A DNA stretch of 63,925 nt, the filler included, from Choristocarpus tenellus KU-1152 (lineage: Eukaryota; Protista; Phaeophyceae), in NCBI GenBank assembly GCA_964200185.2. It is 10 parts of 10 records of this genome, joined end to end, with 100 filler letters (N's around TTAATTAATTAA, not from the genome) between each part and the next. Parts side by side here need not be neighbours in the genome. Positions count along the whole stretch, not along the records: positions 61,386 to 63,925 come from CAXNAD020026938.1; 9 more parts are not named here. One strand, given 5' to 3'. Positions 62,857 to 63,925 of this stretch are shown here, in pieces. Below the pieces are notes generated by a model. It made no database searches. It saw only the letters and a program-made list of their open reading frames with translations, and was not told where the DNA came from. Numbering within the stretch: position 1 is the first letter of the stretch; every line of letters begins with the position of its first letter. The translations under genes and the position numbers were made by a program.

Positions 62857-63765
62857 AGGGTTGTTTCTTTTGTGTGTTGTGAATGATATATTTTATTTTA
62901 AAATGAAACAATACGCCGTGAAACAATATCTTTTTATTTATTTGAAGAATGATATATTTTTGTTGCTCTGTATATTGGTCAACAGACAGGATTTTAAACT
63001 TCTTGGGGTGAGGGTTAGGGTTGGGGTTAGGGCTAGGGCTTTTTGTCAGGTTTTAGTACCTTCTTTTGTCTGTTGGTACTCAGTACCTTGTACTAGTGCA
63101 CTCTGTTGCAGTGTCATCATCTAGCTACTACATATGAAGATATCATGTAATCTATTTCTTATTTCTTATTATATTGTTATTGTTATTGTCATTCTTCTTG
63201 TTATTACAATTGTTCCATTATTGCTTCTATTAATATACATATTTTTTCTTTTGAGCAGAAGAGTAGTAACCGAAATGCTCAAAGGTTTGTCAAAGGCTTG
63301 TCAAAGGCTTGTCCTTGTCCAACCCAGCGCCAACAAGCACAACCCCCCTGTCCAACAATGTCAATGGTTGCACTTTGTTCTGCAAGCAGGAGGCCTCGGT
63401 CTCCGTTCCACTTCCCATATGCCCATATGGCTCTATATCCATGTCAAATATCACCTCCTCCAAAATGGAACTAACCAAGTTGTACCTCTAACCCCAACCC
63501 TGTCAATTATTATTATTTTTATTCCCTTTGGTTGCCCTGAACTATTTTTATTATTGCCTTCCCCTCCCCTCCCCTCCCCTCCCCTCCCCTCCCCTCACCC
63601 AACACCATTTCATCATTGTCTTATTTTTTATTTTATTTTATTTTTCCCTGTATCGCTGTCTCCTGGAGCAGGTGGCTGGTGCTGAATGGTCGTATTGAAG
63701 AGGGAAGACGATCTCTATGCTTTGTTACTCCCAAGATATCTGAACTAGCCATTGCTGAGATTCAG
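61650..63765 (+). CDS. MFS sugar porter (xylose-proton symporter-like), internal exons
   Basis: Exons 61650-61864 (APAYIGEMSPAEVRGVLVSMKEAMIVLGILLGY...GGWRW...MPPSAR) and 63672-63765 (WLVLNGRIEEGRRSL); sugar-porter Y..E.SP..RG and P.S.RWL signatures. Confidence 0.9.
62820..62851. repeat. (CT)n microsatellite
   Basis: Perfect TC run; similar runs at 61256-61276 and (CCCCT)n at 63561-63596. Confidence 0.9.
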
Positions 63766-63925
63766 GTATATATACCCTATGCAGTCATACTTCTAGTGTT
63801 ACAAAAAAATCGTTCCAACTCAAAAAGGTTTTATCGTCCCTCAATTCCTACTTATCGGGGTTAGGGTTAGGGTTAGGGTTTTGCTAGGGCATGAGCCCCC
63901 CTTCCATGTATTTTTTTTATGACCC

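Noticed and set aside
63330-63430. LQAGGLGLRS motif resembling the C-terminal region of a non-LTR reverse transcriptase
   Set aside because: Too short, with no RT core nearby.

Overview
Eukaryotic, intron-rich draft-genome sequence. It is most likely a photosynthetic stramenopile such as a brown alga or close relative; this is inferred from interstitial TTAGGG arrays, a signal peptide plus 'ASCF' plastid-targeting motif, and a bacterial-type cellulose-synthase-like gene. The window is not one locus: it is 10 contigs joined by artificial 100-bp spacers (44N-TTAATTAATTAA-44N), so adjacency across spacers means nothing. Recognisable genes are mostly partial and spliced: a coiled-coil protein, a GT18/MGAT5-like glycosyltransferase, a calcyphosin-like EF-hand protein, a leishmanolysin-like (M8) metalloprotease, a hypothetical protein, a GT2 cellulose-synthase-like gene, an Ulp1-like protease with a Cys-rich RING-like N-terminus, a plastid-targeted cyanobacterial-type FAD oxidoreductase, and an MFS sugar porter. 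There are also decayed mariner, hAT, pogo and Copia-like remnants. The main finding is three internally unrelated MITE families (A ~180 bp, B ~255 bp, C 257 bp; about 20 full or partial copies) that share one end architecture. Each end has an outer 14-bp terminal motif and an inner ~10-bp motif, separated by a 16-bp spacer at one end and a 26-bp spacer at the other. The spacers differ by about one helical turn, formally like the RAG/Transib 12/23 rule, but the termini are GRNYC and the target duplications are a mix of 3 and 4 bp. All alignments were done by eye; no database searches were run.
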